Assembly (NCBI GenBank): GCA_965248195.1
Contig: CBDFIQ010000002.1
Coordinates: forward strand, 2,912,001 to 2,976,000
Origin: Longimicrobiales bacterium
GTDB lineage: Bacteria > Gemmatimonadota > Gemmatimonadetes > Longimicrobiales > Gaopeijiaceae
Direction: 5' to 3'
DNA: 64,000 bases
Shown: positions 30,732 through 40,499 of the stretch, piece by piece
Position numbering within the stretch: position 1 is the stretch's first letter
How the letters are laid out: the number at the start of each line of letters is the position of its first letter
The notes under the pieces: generated by a model
The model's input: only the letters and a program-made list of their open reading frames with translations
Told to the model about the DNA's origin: nothing
The model's database searches: none
Program-made: the position numbers and the translations under genes

Positions 30732-31598
30732 ATGCCGACCGCAACGCCTGACACGCCACAGCCACTCGATCCAACTCCACTCGATGATCTGGCCGGGTCT
30801 TCCCTTCTGGCGGTCTTCGCACATCCCGACGACGAGTCCCTGGCGTGCGGCGGCCTGCTCGCGCGGTGCGCCGCATGTGACGTCCGGGTCTCGCTCCTTT
30901 GCCTCACGCATGGCGAACACGGTCCGGGGCGTGACGGCGACCACGGCCCGGGACACGACGACGAGCGGCTTGGTGACATTCGGGCCGGCGAGCTGCAGGA
31001 TGCCGTACGCGTTCTCGGCATACGCGACCTCGTATTGCTCGACCACGAGGACGGCATGCTCCCCTGGATCGACGGCGCGCGGCTCGAAGCGGACATCCTC
31101 GGCGCCATCCGCCGGTTCCAGCCACACGTCGTCGTCACCTTCGACTTGGACGGCCTCTACTGGCATCCCGACCACATCGCGGTACACGAACGAACCACTG
31201 CTGTTGTCGCCGGGCTCGGCACAGACGGTCCGGCACTCCTCTATGTCAGCCTGCCTGCAGGCGCCATGCGCGGCGTCGTGGATGCCGCGTCGAATGACCC
31301 CGCGAGCAGTGATGAGCCTCCGAGACCAATCCTCGGTGTGGCCGATGCGGATGCGTTCGGATCGATGGCCCCCGCGCCGACGCTCGTCGTGGAGGCCGGG
31401 GAGTTTGCGGGCCGCAAGCTTGCCGCGCTACGCTGCCACCGCACGCAGCTCGACGGGAGCGCGCTGGAGTACGTCAGTGAAGCAGACGGGGCCCGGCTCC
31501 TCGCGACCGAGCACTACCGGCGTGCGGAGGTCGGCTCGCGCGGTGACGTCTTCATCGAGCGTTTTGGCACCCCGATCGCGGTAGGCGGCGGCGCATGA
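30732..31598 (+). CDS. PIG-L family deacetylase
   Basis: FAHPDDES, IRAGEL, YWHPDH, ALRCHRTQ. Confidence 0.9.
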   Translation: MPTATPDTPQPLDPTPLDDLAGSSLLAVFAHPDDESLACGGLLARCAACDVRVSLLCLTHGEHGPGRDGDHGPGHDDERLGDIRAGELQDAVRVLGIRDLVLLDHEDGMLPWIDGARLEADILGAIRRFQPHVVVTFDLDGLYWHPDHIAVHERTTAVVAGLGTDGPALLYVSLPAGAMRGVVDAASNDPASSDEPPRPILGVADADAFGSMAPAPTLVVEAGEFAGRKLAALRCHRTQLDGSALEYVSEADGARLLATEHYRRAEVGSRGDVFIERFGTPIAVGGGA

Positions 31599-31655
31599 GA
31601 CTCAGACGTCTCACCGGGGAAGGCCGCCGTGCTGATCTGAGCCACTGACCCTCGC

Positions 31656-32915
31656 ATGCACGCGAGCCTCCTGGACATCCTGCGCTGCCCCTTTTGCGGG
31701 ACCGCGGTCTCGATCGTCGAGAACGACGCGCTGGCTCGCGAGGGCGCCCGCATCGAGGAGGGAGTGCTCGGGTGCGAGTGCTGCGCCTTTCCCGTCGTCG
31801 CTGGTATCCCCGTGATGATGGCCGACGAGACGACGCGGCATGCCCTGCACGCCCTCGAGGCGGGCCGGGGCGACGAGGCGCTCTTCGGCCTCTTGGGCCT
31901 TTCCGACGATAAGGCACGCCAAGAACACTTTCGCACGCTCATGACACGGGACACCGCGAAGTATCGCGGCGCCCTCGAGCTTCTGTGTCACGACGCCGAG
32001 GGTACATACTTTCTTTATCGCTTCACGGACCCGACGTTCGTGACCGCGGAAGCGCTGCTGCAGGCGATCGGCCAGCAGCGCTGGCCCGTGGAAGGCCGCA
32101 CCCTCGATCTCTGCGGCGGCTCGGGTCATCTGACGCGGGTCCTCACCCGTCTCCGCCCCTCCGGGGCGCCTTTGGACCCGGGAACGATTCTCGCCGACTT
32201 GTACTTCTGGAAGCTGTGGCTCGCCAGTCGGTTCACGGCGCCCGACTCCGGGCCGGTCTGCTGCGACGCCAACCACCCGCTACCGTTCGCCCCCGGGACG
32301 TTCTCGACCGTGGTCCTCGCCGACGCGTTTCCGTATATCTGGCACAAGCGACTGCTGGCCGAAGAGATGATGCGGCTTGTGGGCCAGGACGGCGTCGTGG
32401 TGATGCCGCACCTCCACAGCGCACTCGGCAACAACTTCTCAGCAGGAAACACTCTCACGCCGGCCGCATATCGAGCGCTCTTCGAATCAAGCCAGCCGCG
32501 ACTGTTCAGTGATGAGCGGATCTTCAATGATATGATCGAGCACGGTGTCGTCGACCTGACGCGTGACCTGTCGCCCGAGCAGCTCGGCACCGAGCCGGCG
32601 CTGACGCTGGTCGCCAGCACTCGTGCTGATCTGTTCCATCGTTACGAGCTGACGGATGAGCATGAGGTGACGGGAGAGCTGGCAGTCAACCCACTGTATC
32701 GGGTCGAGCGGCGCGGCGAGTCGTCGATCTTGACGCTGACCTTCCCCACGCCCGAATACGAGGAAGAGTTCGCCGAGTGCCGCCGGTACCTGCCGGACCG
32801 CATCACCGTGGAGGCAGATCTTACAGTTCCCATCCTGCGCGAGACCCTCGGGACGCAATACGACGAGCTGCGGGACCGGCGGGTCCTCATCGACACGCCG
32901 GTCGGGTACTGTTAG
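31656..32915 (+). CDS. Methyltransferase with N-terminal Trm112-like Cys domain
   Basis: LLDILRCPFC...GCECCAFPVVAGIP; LDLCGGSGH; CDANHPLPF. Confidence 0.75.
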   Translation: MHASLLDILRCPFCGTAVSIVENDALAREGARIEEGVLGCECCAFPVVAGIPVMMADETTRHALHALEAGRGDEALFGLLGLSDDKARQEHFRTLMTRDTAKYRGALELLCHDAEGTYFLYRFTDPTFVTAEALLQAIGQQRWPVEGRTLDLCGGSGHLTRVLTRLRPSGAPLDPGTILADLYFWKLWLASRFTAPDSGPVCCDANHPLPFAPGTFSTVVLADAFPYIWHKRLLAEEMMRLVGQDGVVVMPHLHSALGNNFSAGNTLTPAAYRALFESSQPRLFSDERIFNDMIEHGVVDLTRDLSPEQLGTEPALTLVASTRADLFHRYELTDEHEVTGELAVNPLYRVERRGESSILTLTFPTPEYEEEFAECRRYLPDRITVEADLTVPILRETLGTQYDELRDRRVLIDTPVGYC

Positions 32916-33020
32916 TCGGGTATGGTTGGTCGGGTATCGTTGGTTGGTTGGCGCATGGTCGGGTCGGTTGGTGGGTGGTCGGTTGGTTGGTTGGTTCGTT
33001 GGTTGGTTGGTCAGTCGGTG
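32915..33020. repeat. Degenerate (GGTT/GGTC)n simple-sequence tract
   Basis: ~105 bp almost entirely G/T on the + strand with 4 bp periodicity, between convergent genes. Confidence 0.9.
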
Positions 33021-33030
33021 ACGACAGGCC

Positions 33031-33948
33031 CTAGCGGATCTCGAGACGCGCCGCTACCGGGTAATGATCGGACGGGTAACGACCTTCGTCGTTGTAAAGG
33101 ACCGTCTCGACAGAACTGACGCCAATCGGACCTCCGACCAAAATCCAGTCGATCCGCTCGGCGTACCCGCTTTCCGGGGGACCGAAGTCGCCGCGAGTCA
33201 TCGCCGGACCCCGCCGCTCGCCCGCCACGACCCAGGCGTCGTCGAGCCCATGGCTCGTGGCGATTTTCCAGAGGTCGCTCTCCTCCCCGACGTTGTTGAA
33301 GTCGCCAAGGACGATGACGGCACTACCCTCCGGCAGCGCGCCGACCCGCTCCAGGATCAAGTTGACCGCGTCGCTCTGCCCCTGCCCTCGCCTCGGCGAG
33401 AGATGGGTATTGAAGACATACACCGCCTGCCCGGTCGCCAGGTGATGAAACCTCGCCCAGGTGACGATGCGACCGCCACCTCGCCGGCGCCGGCCGGTTC
33501 CGCTCCTCGGCGCCGGTGGCACGTCCGGTGTCTCCGTGAGCCAGAAGTTGCCGGATTCGATCGGCGTCAACTCGTCATGCCGGTAGAAGATCGGTGTGGC
33601 CTCACTGAGCCCCTGCCCCCCGTTGAGCCGGCGATCCATTCCCAGCCAGTGGTACTCCGGCAGCGCGGACGCCAGATACTCGATCTGCTCGTCCATGGCC
33701 TCCTGCATGCCGACCACCTGCGGTGCAAGTCGACGGATGGTTTCCGCCACCAGCTCTTTGCGATAGGGCCAGGCGTTATCCCCGTCGGGGATATTCGACG
33801 TTCGGATGTTGAACGTCATGACATCGAGTTGGTTCTGCGCCGCCGCGGACCATGGGGTGGCCGTCACGACAGCCGCCACAACGGTGGCACCCATGAGGTA
33901 ACGGCCAAGTGTTCCCATCGCGATGAGGTAACGGCCGAGTGCTCCCAT
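33031..33948 (-). CDS. Secreted endonuclease/exonuclease/phosphatase family protein
   Basis: MTFNIR, MQEA, NTHL, GDFN, RIDWI, PSDHYP; signal peptide. Start uncertain because of a tandem repeat. Confidence 0.9.
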   Translation of the reverse strand: MGALGRYLIAMGTLGRYLMGATVVAAVVTATPWSAAAQNQLDVMTFNIRTSNIPDGDNAWPYRKELVAETIRRLAPQVVGMQEAMDEQIEYLASALPEYHWLGMDRRLNGGQGLSEATPIFYRHDELTPIESGNFWLTETPDVPPAPRSGTGRRRRGGGRIVTWARFHHLATGQAVYVFNTHLSPRRGQGQSDAVNLILERVGALPEGSAVIVLGDFNNVGEESDLWKIATSHGLDDAWVVAGERRGPAMTRGDFGPPESGYAERIDWILVGGPIGVSSVETVLYNDEGRYPSDHYPVAARLEIR

Positions 33949-33965
33949 TGCGATGGGGTAGCGGC
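33893..33965. repeat. 30 bp tandem repeat (~2.5 copies)
   Basis: atgaggtaacggccaagtgttcccatcgcg / atgaggtaacggccgagtgctcccattgcg / atggggtagcggc. Confidence 0.9.
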
Positions 33966-34046
33966 TCACGAGGGCCACGTTGAGGCGTCTGTGGGATCGG
34001 ACATGGGCGACAAGATGCATCGCAGGAGTGTGGGGCGGCAAGCGAT

Positions 34047-34874
34047 TCACGGCGCAGGTCGGTGCTTGGGGGCGCTTGCCTTGAAGACCCGATACCGATA
34101 AGAGACCAGCCCACGTTTCAAGCACTGGCGCAAGGCGTTGCCCCCCAGGTGGCCTTCGAGTCTCGGACTCATTGCAGAGAAGGGGCGCGTGAGGGCCATG
34201 AGTAGGCCGAGCGCCCGATCACGCGGGCGATCGAGCTCGAGAAGCGGCGTCAGATCCCGGTCCTCCACGAGCTCGAGCCCGTGCTCGACCGCGAGAACGT
34301 CCACGTCCTTCGGGCGCAGAAGCGAGCTCAAACGCCACCCCCGGCGGAACTCGCGCACCCAGCGATCTTCCCCGGCACCCGTGAGAAAGTCATCACACAG
34401 CACCAGGTATCCGTTCGCCGCAACTGCCTTCGCGATGTTGGCGACCAACGCTTCTGCATCCGTCGCTTGGACGAAAGACTCGATCCCGAAAGCGAGGTCC
34501 ACCGGGGCGGGAAGAGGGTCGGAGCAGAAATCGAGCTCGAAGATCGTGGCTCGTCCGCCAAGTCGCCTACGCGCGAGCTCCGCGTGAACGCCGCTATTCG
34601 TGACGCCGAAGCCGGCAACCTCCGTCCCGCGGAGTACGTGTTCCAGGCTCGCGCCGACGCCGCAGCCGAGGTCCAGTATGCGCCGCGCGCCGCTTTCTGC
34701 GATACGAGCCCGCAGAAGATCGTGCACGAAGTGAAAGGCCTCGTCGCGGCCACCAACGCCCTCGCCCCAAACCGCTCGATGAATGATGCCGTGCGCGCCA
34801 CCTTGTCCATGGGCGAGAAAGCTCGCCGTATTCTGGTCGTAGTAGCGCGCCACGTCGGCGCTCTCGAATCTCAC
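34047..34874 (-). CDS. Class I SAM-dependent methyltransferase
   Basis: VARYYD, IHRAVW, ILDLGCGVG, IESFV. Start uncertain. Confidence 0.8.
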   Translation of the reverse strand: MRFESADVARYYDQNTASFLAHGQGGAHGIIHRAVWGEGVGGRDEAFHFVHDLLRARIAESGARRILDLGCGVGASLEHVLRGTEVAGFGVTNSGVHAELARRRLGGRATIFELDFCSDPLPAPVDLAFGIESFVQATDAEALVANIAKAVAANGYLVLCDDFLTGAGEDRWVREFRRGWRLSSLLRPKDVDVLAVEHGLELVEDRDLTPLLELDRPRDRALGLLMALTRPFSAMSPRLEGHLGGNALRQCLKRGLVSYRYRVFKASAPKHRPAP

Positions 34875-35027
34875 GCGGCAGGCGTTACGACTTGAAGGCC
34901 GAGACAAGCCCCTGCCACCCGGCATGGTGACGCGCACAGCCGTCCAAAAAGGTCACGGCCCACTCTCGATCCTCGGTAACAACACCTCCTGACCGCGATC
35001 GACACCCCGAAAGCGCGCTGCCCAACT

Positions 35028-36179
35028 TTACATACCGGCCACCACATACTTCGTGAACGCGGAGCCCGCATCGCTGAGCGAGGACGGTCCCTCGGCCACG
35101 TAGACGTTGCCGTCTTCGTCCACTCCCACGCCCTCACCCGTCACGCCCTGCTGCGGCCGGCTGTCGGACTCCCACGGCGGAATGAAGCCCACGAGCAAGT
35201 CCCGATCGACGGGCCCGATGCGGACGCCGTCCCTCCAGTTGATGTGCCGGATCGGGTTGGACTCGGAGTCGATGGCGTACACCATCTCGTCCTCGGTGAT
35301 GAATAGGTCGCTGATGCGCCCGTACTGATAGCGCGACTCCAGGTAGTTGCCCTGCTGGTCGAAGATCTCGAGGCGGTGGTTGCCCCGGTCTGCAACCCAG
35401 AGCCGGCCCTGGGAGTCGAACTCGAGGGCGTGTGGCGTGCGGAACTGACCGTGATCCGTGCCGATCTCGCCCCACTCCATGATGTAGTCGCCGTCGGGCG
35501 AGTATTTGACGATGCGGCCGGTGAAGCCCGCCGCGCGGGCCTCGGCAATCTGTTGGTCTGTCGTCCGGTTCTGACCGCTGTGGCCGTCCGCGACGAAGAT
35601 GCTACCGTCGGGCGCGACGATCACGTCATTGGGCTGATAGAGATGATCCTGGTCGTTCCCGGGCTGGCCGGCGACACCGAGGCTCAGGAGCAACTCGCCG
35701 GTTGGGCTGAACTTGTGGACCTGGTGACCTTTGGTGCCCGCGTCGTTGCCGGCGAAGTCCGTCACCCAGACGTCGCCCTCGTCGTCCACATAGATGCCGT
35801 GGGGCGTCACGAAGATTCCGGCCCCGAAGTTGGCGAGAATCTCCCCGGTGTTTCGGTCGAACTTGAAGATGGGGTCCACGGGGTTGCTGTCGCAGTTGAC
35901 CCCGGGTCCACCCGCCGAGCCCGATGCGCAGCGCTCGTACCCCCAGACATGGCCGTCCGTCGGGTCGATGTCGAGGCCTGCGGTGGAGCCCCACTGCCGT
36001 CCCTCGGGCAGGGTCGCCCAGTTCGCGATACGTGTCGGGTTCGGGTTCGGGAGCCCCTCACCCGTGATCGGGTTAACTGCCGCCGAGACCATCGCGGCCG
36101 GTGCCTCGGACTCCGCGGCGCACCCCGCGAGAATCGTGGCACCAAAGAGCACGGACATCAGGAGTCGTAACGATGACAT
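35028..36179 (-). CDS. NHL-repeat lipoprotein (peptidylglycine-lyase-like beta-propeller)
   Basis: Lipobox LAGC; repeats such as PHGIYVD..GDVWVTD, PNDVIV..DGSIFVADG and PHALEFD..GRLWVADRGN. Confidence 0.9.
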   Translation of the reverse strand: MSSLRLLMSVLFGATILAGCAAESEAPAAMVSAAVNPITGEGLPNPNPTRIANWATLPEGRQWGSTAGLDIDPTDGHVWGYERCASGSAGGPGVNCDSNPVDPIFKFDRNTGEILANFGAGIFVTPHGIYVDDEGDVWVTDFAGNDAGTKGHQVHKFSPTGELLLSLGVAGQPGNDQDHLYQPNDVIVAPDGSIFVADGHSGQNRTTDQQIAEARAAGFTGRIVKYSPDGDYIMEWGEIGTDHGQFRTPHALEFDSQGRLWVADRGNHRLEIFDQQGNYLESRYQYGRISDLFITEDEMVYAIDSESNPIRHINWRDGVRIGPVDRDLLVGFIPPWESDSRPQQGVTGEGVGVDEDGNVYVAEGPSSLSDAGSAFTKYVVAGM

Positions 36180-36437
36180 AGTCCCCCCCCCAAGCAAATG
36201 TCGATTTCGCCGCGGCGGGGCCGCGAGCGCCGGACTCAGGAACATTGGCGGTCAGCGCGCGGCGCGCAAACCACCAAGAGGCGAGTTGGAGAGTGCCGCG
36301 GCGAGGGCATGTTGCATCCGGTAGCCGTCCCCTTCACTTTCGGGAGGAAGCCGGTGGTGGGCCGCGACCCGGGACCATTGGGTCACGCCGCCGGGCACCG
36401 ACTCCCAACGCATGCCGCACACTCGAGGAGACCGGAC

Positions 36438-37877
36438 ATGACACAACGAGGATCGGACACGTCTCTCCCGGATCAGGGGGCAAGTCGACGGAAATTCTTC
36501 AAGTTTCTGGCCGCCAGTCCGCTGGCGGCCCTGGCCTACTGGGCGTTGCCGTCGAGCTGGCTGGAGCCTGTCGCGGCCGAGGTGCCACCCAGTAGGCCGG
36601 CACCGTTGCCCTGCGTCAACTGCGGCGCCCCGGTGCTCCCGCCCGGCCTCGACGAGACTCGCGTAGTCCCGGCGATCCGTCCCCAGCAGGTCCCTCAGGA
36701 GCTCCCTCCCCAGCAAGCCCAGGAAGAACAGTTGATGGGGAGCCTCATTGCGTCGCCCGACGACGCGACCAACGTCTGGGACTTTGAGCGCGTGACCCAC
36801 GACAACAACCTGGCTCAGCACTGGGACTACCTGCACATGGGCGTCGACGACTACGAGACGCGCGTGGCTAACAGGGAGGGCTACCAGCGTCTGATGCTCC
36901 GTCCCCGCCGGCTCGGCGTGGAGCCCGCGAGCGAATTCAGCACGTCGATCGAGATCCTCGGCCAGCGGTTCGATTCACCCTTGTTCCTTTGCCCCGTGGC
37001 GGCTCTCCAGGCGTACCACACGCAGGGGGAGGTCGGCGCCGGGCGGGCAGCTCGACGTCGGGGCGTGCTGCAGCTCCAGTCGCATGTGAGCTCGAACTCG
37101 TACGAAGAGATCGCCGAGGCGCGGGGCGAGCCGCACTGGTTCCAGATCTACACGAATCCCGACTGGAACCGTAACCAGCGGGTGATCGACCGCGTGGCTC
37201 GTGCCGGCTGCCCGACACTCGTGTGGACGATCGACCTCCTCGGGGGAAGCAACCGGGAGCTGAACCGGCGGTCGCTCGTCGGCGAGGGCAGGGAGTCAGA
37301 GCTCTGCACCCAGTGCCACCAGCACGAAGAAGGCTACCAGCGGCCAATGAACCGCGATCTAGACGGGCCAGAGGGTGAGCGTCCTCCGTACACCTGGGAC
37401 TGGGTCGATCGTCTCAAGAACGCAAGCGACATGAACCTCGTCGTGAAGGGCATCGTCACGGCGGAAGAGGCAGAGTTGGCGATCGAGCACGGCGCCGACG
37501 GGATCTACGTCTCGAACCACGGTGGACGGGCGGTGAACAGTCTCTGGTCGACGATCGATGCGTTGCCCGAAGTAGTCGCGGCAGTGAGAGGACGGGTCCC
37601 CGTGATGATCGACAGTGGGGTCCGGCGTGGCGGCGACGTCTTCAAGGCCCTCGCGCTCGGTGCCGACGCGGTCGGCATCGGTCGGCCCTACGTGTGGGGC
37701 CTCGGAGCGTTCGGCGAGGACGGGGTCGACAAGGTGATCGACGTGATCATGGACGAGTTCCGCATGGTCATGCGTCAGACCCGGACCGACTCGATCGATC
37801 AAATCACTTCGCGCTTCGTGATGGAAGCGAAGAATCCCATCATGACGCGGCGCAACGAGTTCGGGTTCGGGCTGTGA
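36438..37877 (+). CDS. FMN-dependent alpha-hydroxy-acid oxidase with Tat signal
   Basis: SRRKFFK Tat motif; WFQIY, WTID, VKGI, VSNHGGR, DSGVRRGGD, GRP; ATG after GAGGAG. Confidence 0.9.
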   Translation: MTQRGSDTSLPDQGASRRKFFKFLAASPLAALAYWALPSSWLEPVAAEVPPSRPAPLPCVNCGAPVLPPGLDETRVVPAIRPQQVPQELPPQQAQEEQLMGSLIASPDDATNVWDFERVTHDNNLAQHWDYLHMGVDDYETRVANREGYQRLMLRPRRLGVEPASEFSTSIEILGQRFDSPLFLCPVAALQAYHTQGEVGAGRAARRRGVLQLQSHVSSNSYEEIAEARGEPHWFQIYTNPDWNRNQRVIDRVARAGCPTLVWTIDLLGGSNRELNRRSLVGEGRESELCTQCHQHEEGYQRPMNRDLDGPEGERPPYTWDWVDRLKNASDMNLVVKGIVTAEEAELAIEHGADGIYVSNHGGRAVNSLWSTIDALPEVVAAVRGRVPVMIDSGVRRGGDVFKALALGADAVGIGRPYVWGLGAFGEDGVDKVIDVIMDEFRMVMRQTRTDSIDQITSRFVMEAKNPIMTRRNEFGFGL

Positions 37878-38473
37878 GGACGGCGAGTATGGCGGTCGCG
37901 CAGTTGGCTTCTCGGACTGGTCTAGCATGGACCGTGACGGCCGGCATCGTCGGCCTGGCACTGTTGCAGGCGGATCGGGCATCTGCGCAGCGGTCCTCCG
38001 TCGATTTCACGGTATCAGGCACTTCGACGGTACGGGGATGGACGTGTTCGGTGACCGGCTCGGGCCGGGTCACAGTCGGCTCGTCCACCCCGGTGCGTGG
38101 GCTGGCCGATGGAGTCCAGGCGGCCACGCTCACCGTGCCGGTAGAGGAGTTCGACTGTCCTGACGAGGAGATGATCGAACATCTCCTGGAGGCGTTGAGG
38201 GTGGACGAGTTCCCGGAGATCACCTTCCGGCTCGAGGGCTACGAGGCGAATAGCCAGGGCGCCGTCACTACTGGTACGCTCACCATCCTCGATGCCACCG
38301 AAGCGGTGAGCTTCCCCCTCTCGCTGACGCCGTCCGGATCGGGTGTCCAGATTGAAGGAGAGCTGGCCTTGGACATGACCGCCTACGGCGTGGAGCCACC
38401 CGTGGTCATGCTCGGCCTGATGCGCGTCAGGCCACGGATTCGGATCCAGTTTTCGGGCATGATCGCCCCCTAG
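37874..38473 (+). CDS. YceI family protein
   Basis: GTSTVRGW, FPEITF, GTLTI, MTAYGVEPP. Start is GTG 37874 or ATG 37889. Confidence 0.8.
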   Translation: MRTASMAVAQLASRTGLAWTVTAGIVGLALLQADRASAQRSSVDFTVSGTSTVRGWTCSVTGSGRVTVGSSTPVRGLADGVQAATLTVPVEEFDCPDEEMIEHLLEALRVDEFPEITFRLEGYEANSQGAVTTGTLTILDATEAVSFPLSLTPSGSGVQIEGELALDMTAYGVEPPVVMLGLMRVRPRIRIQFSGMIAP

Positions 38474-38508
38474 GCCCACTGACGCTCAGTTACCAGGACC
38501 GGTAGAGG

Positions 38509-40224
38509 ATGGAAGAGCACCATTTACAGATGAATCGCCAGCGTTTCCTCGCTTGCTTCTCCACCGCGGGCGTCGGCTCGACGTTGCTCCCGGGGGCGCT
38601 CGCAGCGATCGCTCAGGACGCCCAAGTGGTCACCATCGAGATGTTGGAGGCCGCAGAGCAGATCGCCGGTATCGCCTTCTCACGCGACGAGAAGGAGAGG
38701 ATCCTCGAGCGGCTGAACGGAGACCGCAGTCCGCTCCCCGCCTTCGACATCCTGAGAGCCGCGGAGCTCGGGAACGACACGCAGCCCGCGATCGTCTTCA
38801 ATCCCTTGCCACCGGGGAAAGTCGCCCCCACCGAACGCAGGCCGTTGAGACGAAGCGAGATCGAGGCGTCGACGCCCGCGACGGAAGAGGACCTCGCGTT
38901 CCTCCCGGTAACCCACCTTTCGAGGCTCATCGAGACACGCCAGATCACATCCACTGAGTTGACCGAGCTCTACCTGGCCCGACTCAAGCGGTACGACCCG
39001 CAGCTGTTCTGCGTGGTCAACCTCACCGAGGATCTCGCCCGTAGACAAGCCAGACGTGCGGACGAGGAAATCGCGGCCGGGACGTACCGCGGCCCGCTGC
39101 ACGGCATCCCCTATGGCCTGAAGGACCTGTTTGCCGTGCGCGGGACCAAGACGACGTGGGGAATGACTCCGTTCAGGGATCGGGTCATCGATGTCGACGC
39201 CACGGTATATGAGAGGCTGACGCAGGCTGGCGCGGTCTTGATCGCGAAGCTCTCGACCGGCGCGCTGGCTGTGAGCGCCCGGTGGTACGGCGGCTTGACC
39301 CGAAACCCGTGGAACACCGAACAAGACGCGTCGGGCTCATCGGCCGGGCCGGGCGCTGCGACAGCCGCCGGTCTCGTGGGATTCTCGATCGGAACGGACA
39401 CGGGGGGCTCGGTCATCGGCCCCTCGACTCGTAATGGAATCACTGGGATGCGCCCGACGTTCGGCAGAGTCAGCCGTTACGGCGGTATGGTGCTAGCCTG
39501 GACGCAGGACACGGTTGGGCCGATGTGCCGTTCAGCAGAGGACTGCGCGCTGGTCTTCGATGCCGTGTACGGCCCCGATGGTCGCGATAACTCGGTCCTC
39601 GACGTGCCGTTCAATTGGGACGCACTCGGCGACGTGTCGCAGCTCAGGGTCGGCTATCTGCGTAGCGAATTCGAAGGTGATATCACGCCTGACCTTCGGG
39701 GCGACGAGCGGCGGCAGCGCCAAAACCGACGGAACGCCGAGGAGGCCCTCCTTCTGATCCGGTCGTTCGGTATCGATGTCGTCCCGTTCGATCTGCCCGA
39801 TGTCGATGTCGAAACGATCGACTTCCTACGATACGTGGAAACCGCAGCCGCGTTCTACGACATCACCATGAGGGGACAACTCACGGAGACCGAGGAGGGC
39901 CCCGAGCAGAGCGAGAGGCCGAACGAGATACGCGCAGCCCACTTCACGCCCGCCGTCGAGTACATCCAGGGCAATCGACAGCGGATGCGCATCATGCAGC
40001 AGATGGATGAGGCGATGGGCGATCTGGACCTGTTCCTCGGGTCCGACCGTCGTCTCACCAACCGCTTGGGCCATCCCCAGGTCAGCCTGCCTAGTGGATT
40101 CCACGAGGGAACGCCGACGGCGCTCCACCTCACAGGGAAGCTGTTCGGTGAACCGGAGGTGCTGCTCCTCGCTCATGCGATCCAGGCGGAGACGCAACAC
40201 CATCTCCAGCGTCCACCGCTCTGA
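38509..40224 (+). CDS. Amidase (amidase signature family)
   Basis: GPLHGIPYGLKD, SGSSAG, GTDTGGS catalytic motifs. Confidence 0.9.
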   Translation: MEEHHLQMNRQRFLACFSTAGVGSTLLPGALAAIAQDAQVVTIEMLEAAEQIAGIAFSRDEKERILERLNGDRSPLPAFDILRAAELGNDTQPAIVFNPLPPGKVAPTERRPLRRSEIEASTPATEEDLAFLPVTHLSRLIETRQITSTELTELYLARLKRYDPQLFCVVNLTEDLARRQARRADEEIAAGTYRGPLHGIPYGLKDLFAVRGTKTTWGMTPFRDRVIDVDATVYERLTQAGAVLIAKLSTGALAVSARWYGGLTRNPWNTEQDASGSSAGPGAATAAGLVGFSIGTDTGGSVIGPSTRNGITGMRPTFGRVSRYGGMVLAWTQDTVGPMCRSAEDCALVFDAVYGPDGRDNSVLDVPFNWDALGDVSQLRVGYLRSEFEGDITPDLRGDERRQRQNRRNAEEALLLIRSFGIDVVPFDLPDVDVETIDFLRYVETAAAFYDITMRGQLTETEEGPEQSERPNEIRAAHFTPAVEYIQGNRQRMRIMQQMDEAMGDLDLFLGSDRRLTNRLGHPQVSLPSGFHEGTPTALHLTGKLFGEPEVLLLAHAIQAETQHHLQRPPL

Positions 40225-40249
40225 CGGGTTTGGACCTGGCCCTCACGTT
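40222..40249 (+). repeat. 28 bp direct repeat, copy 1
   Basis: tgacgggtttggacctggccctcacgtt, identical to 41991-42018. Confidence 0.95.
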
Positions 40250-40416
40250 ACAAGTTCCTATACGTGTGGCTGGACCTAAAGCTCGAAGGTCGGGAGCCCG
40301 CAAAGTATCTCGGATGTCTCTACTGGCTCCCCAACCCCTTCCTGCCCTTCATCTGGTGGAGGGTCGCGCTGCCAAGCGATCACCCCGATGTGCAGGTGGA
40401 ACTGTTGGAGGACTGA
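40249..40416 (+). pseudogene. Possible 5'-truncated gene remnant
   Basis: Stop-free, protein-like frame YKFLYVWLDLKLEGREPAKYLGCLYWLPNPFLPFIWWRVALPSDHPDVQVELLED* begins at the repeat boundary; no ATG. Confidence 0.4.
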
Positions 40417-40499
40417 GTTTCGCCGTTTGCCATCACCCGGTCCAGCGTGACAGATTCCGATACACAAAGCGTCGCTTTTAGCTTCATCAAGGTCACCGC

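Noticed and set aside
33893..33965. CRISPR-like interpretation of the 30 bp repeat (also considered for the 28 bp and 18 bp repeats)
   Set aside because: Copies are directly adjacent with no spacers, or kilobases apart; no cas genes in the window.
40222..40416. Selenocysteine readthrough of the amidase TGA into the in-frame downstream ORF
   Set aside because: The amidase is complete at HLQRPPL, there is no redox-motif context, and no clear SECIS stem follows.
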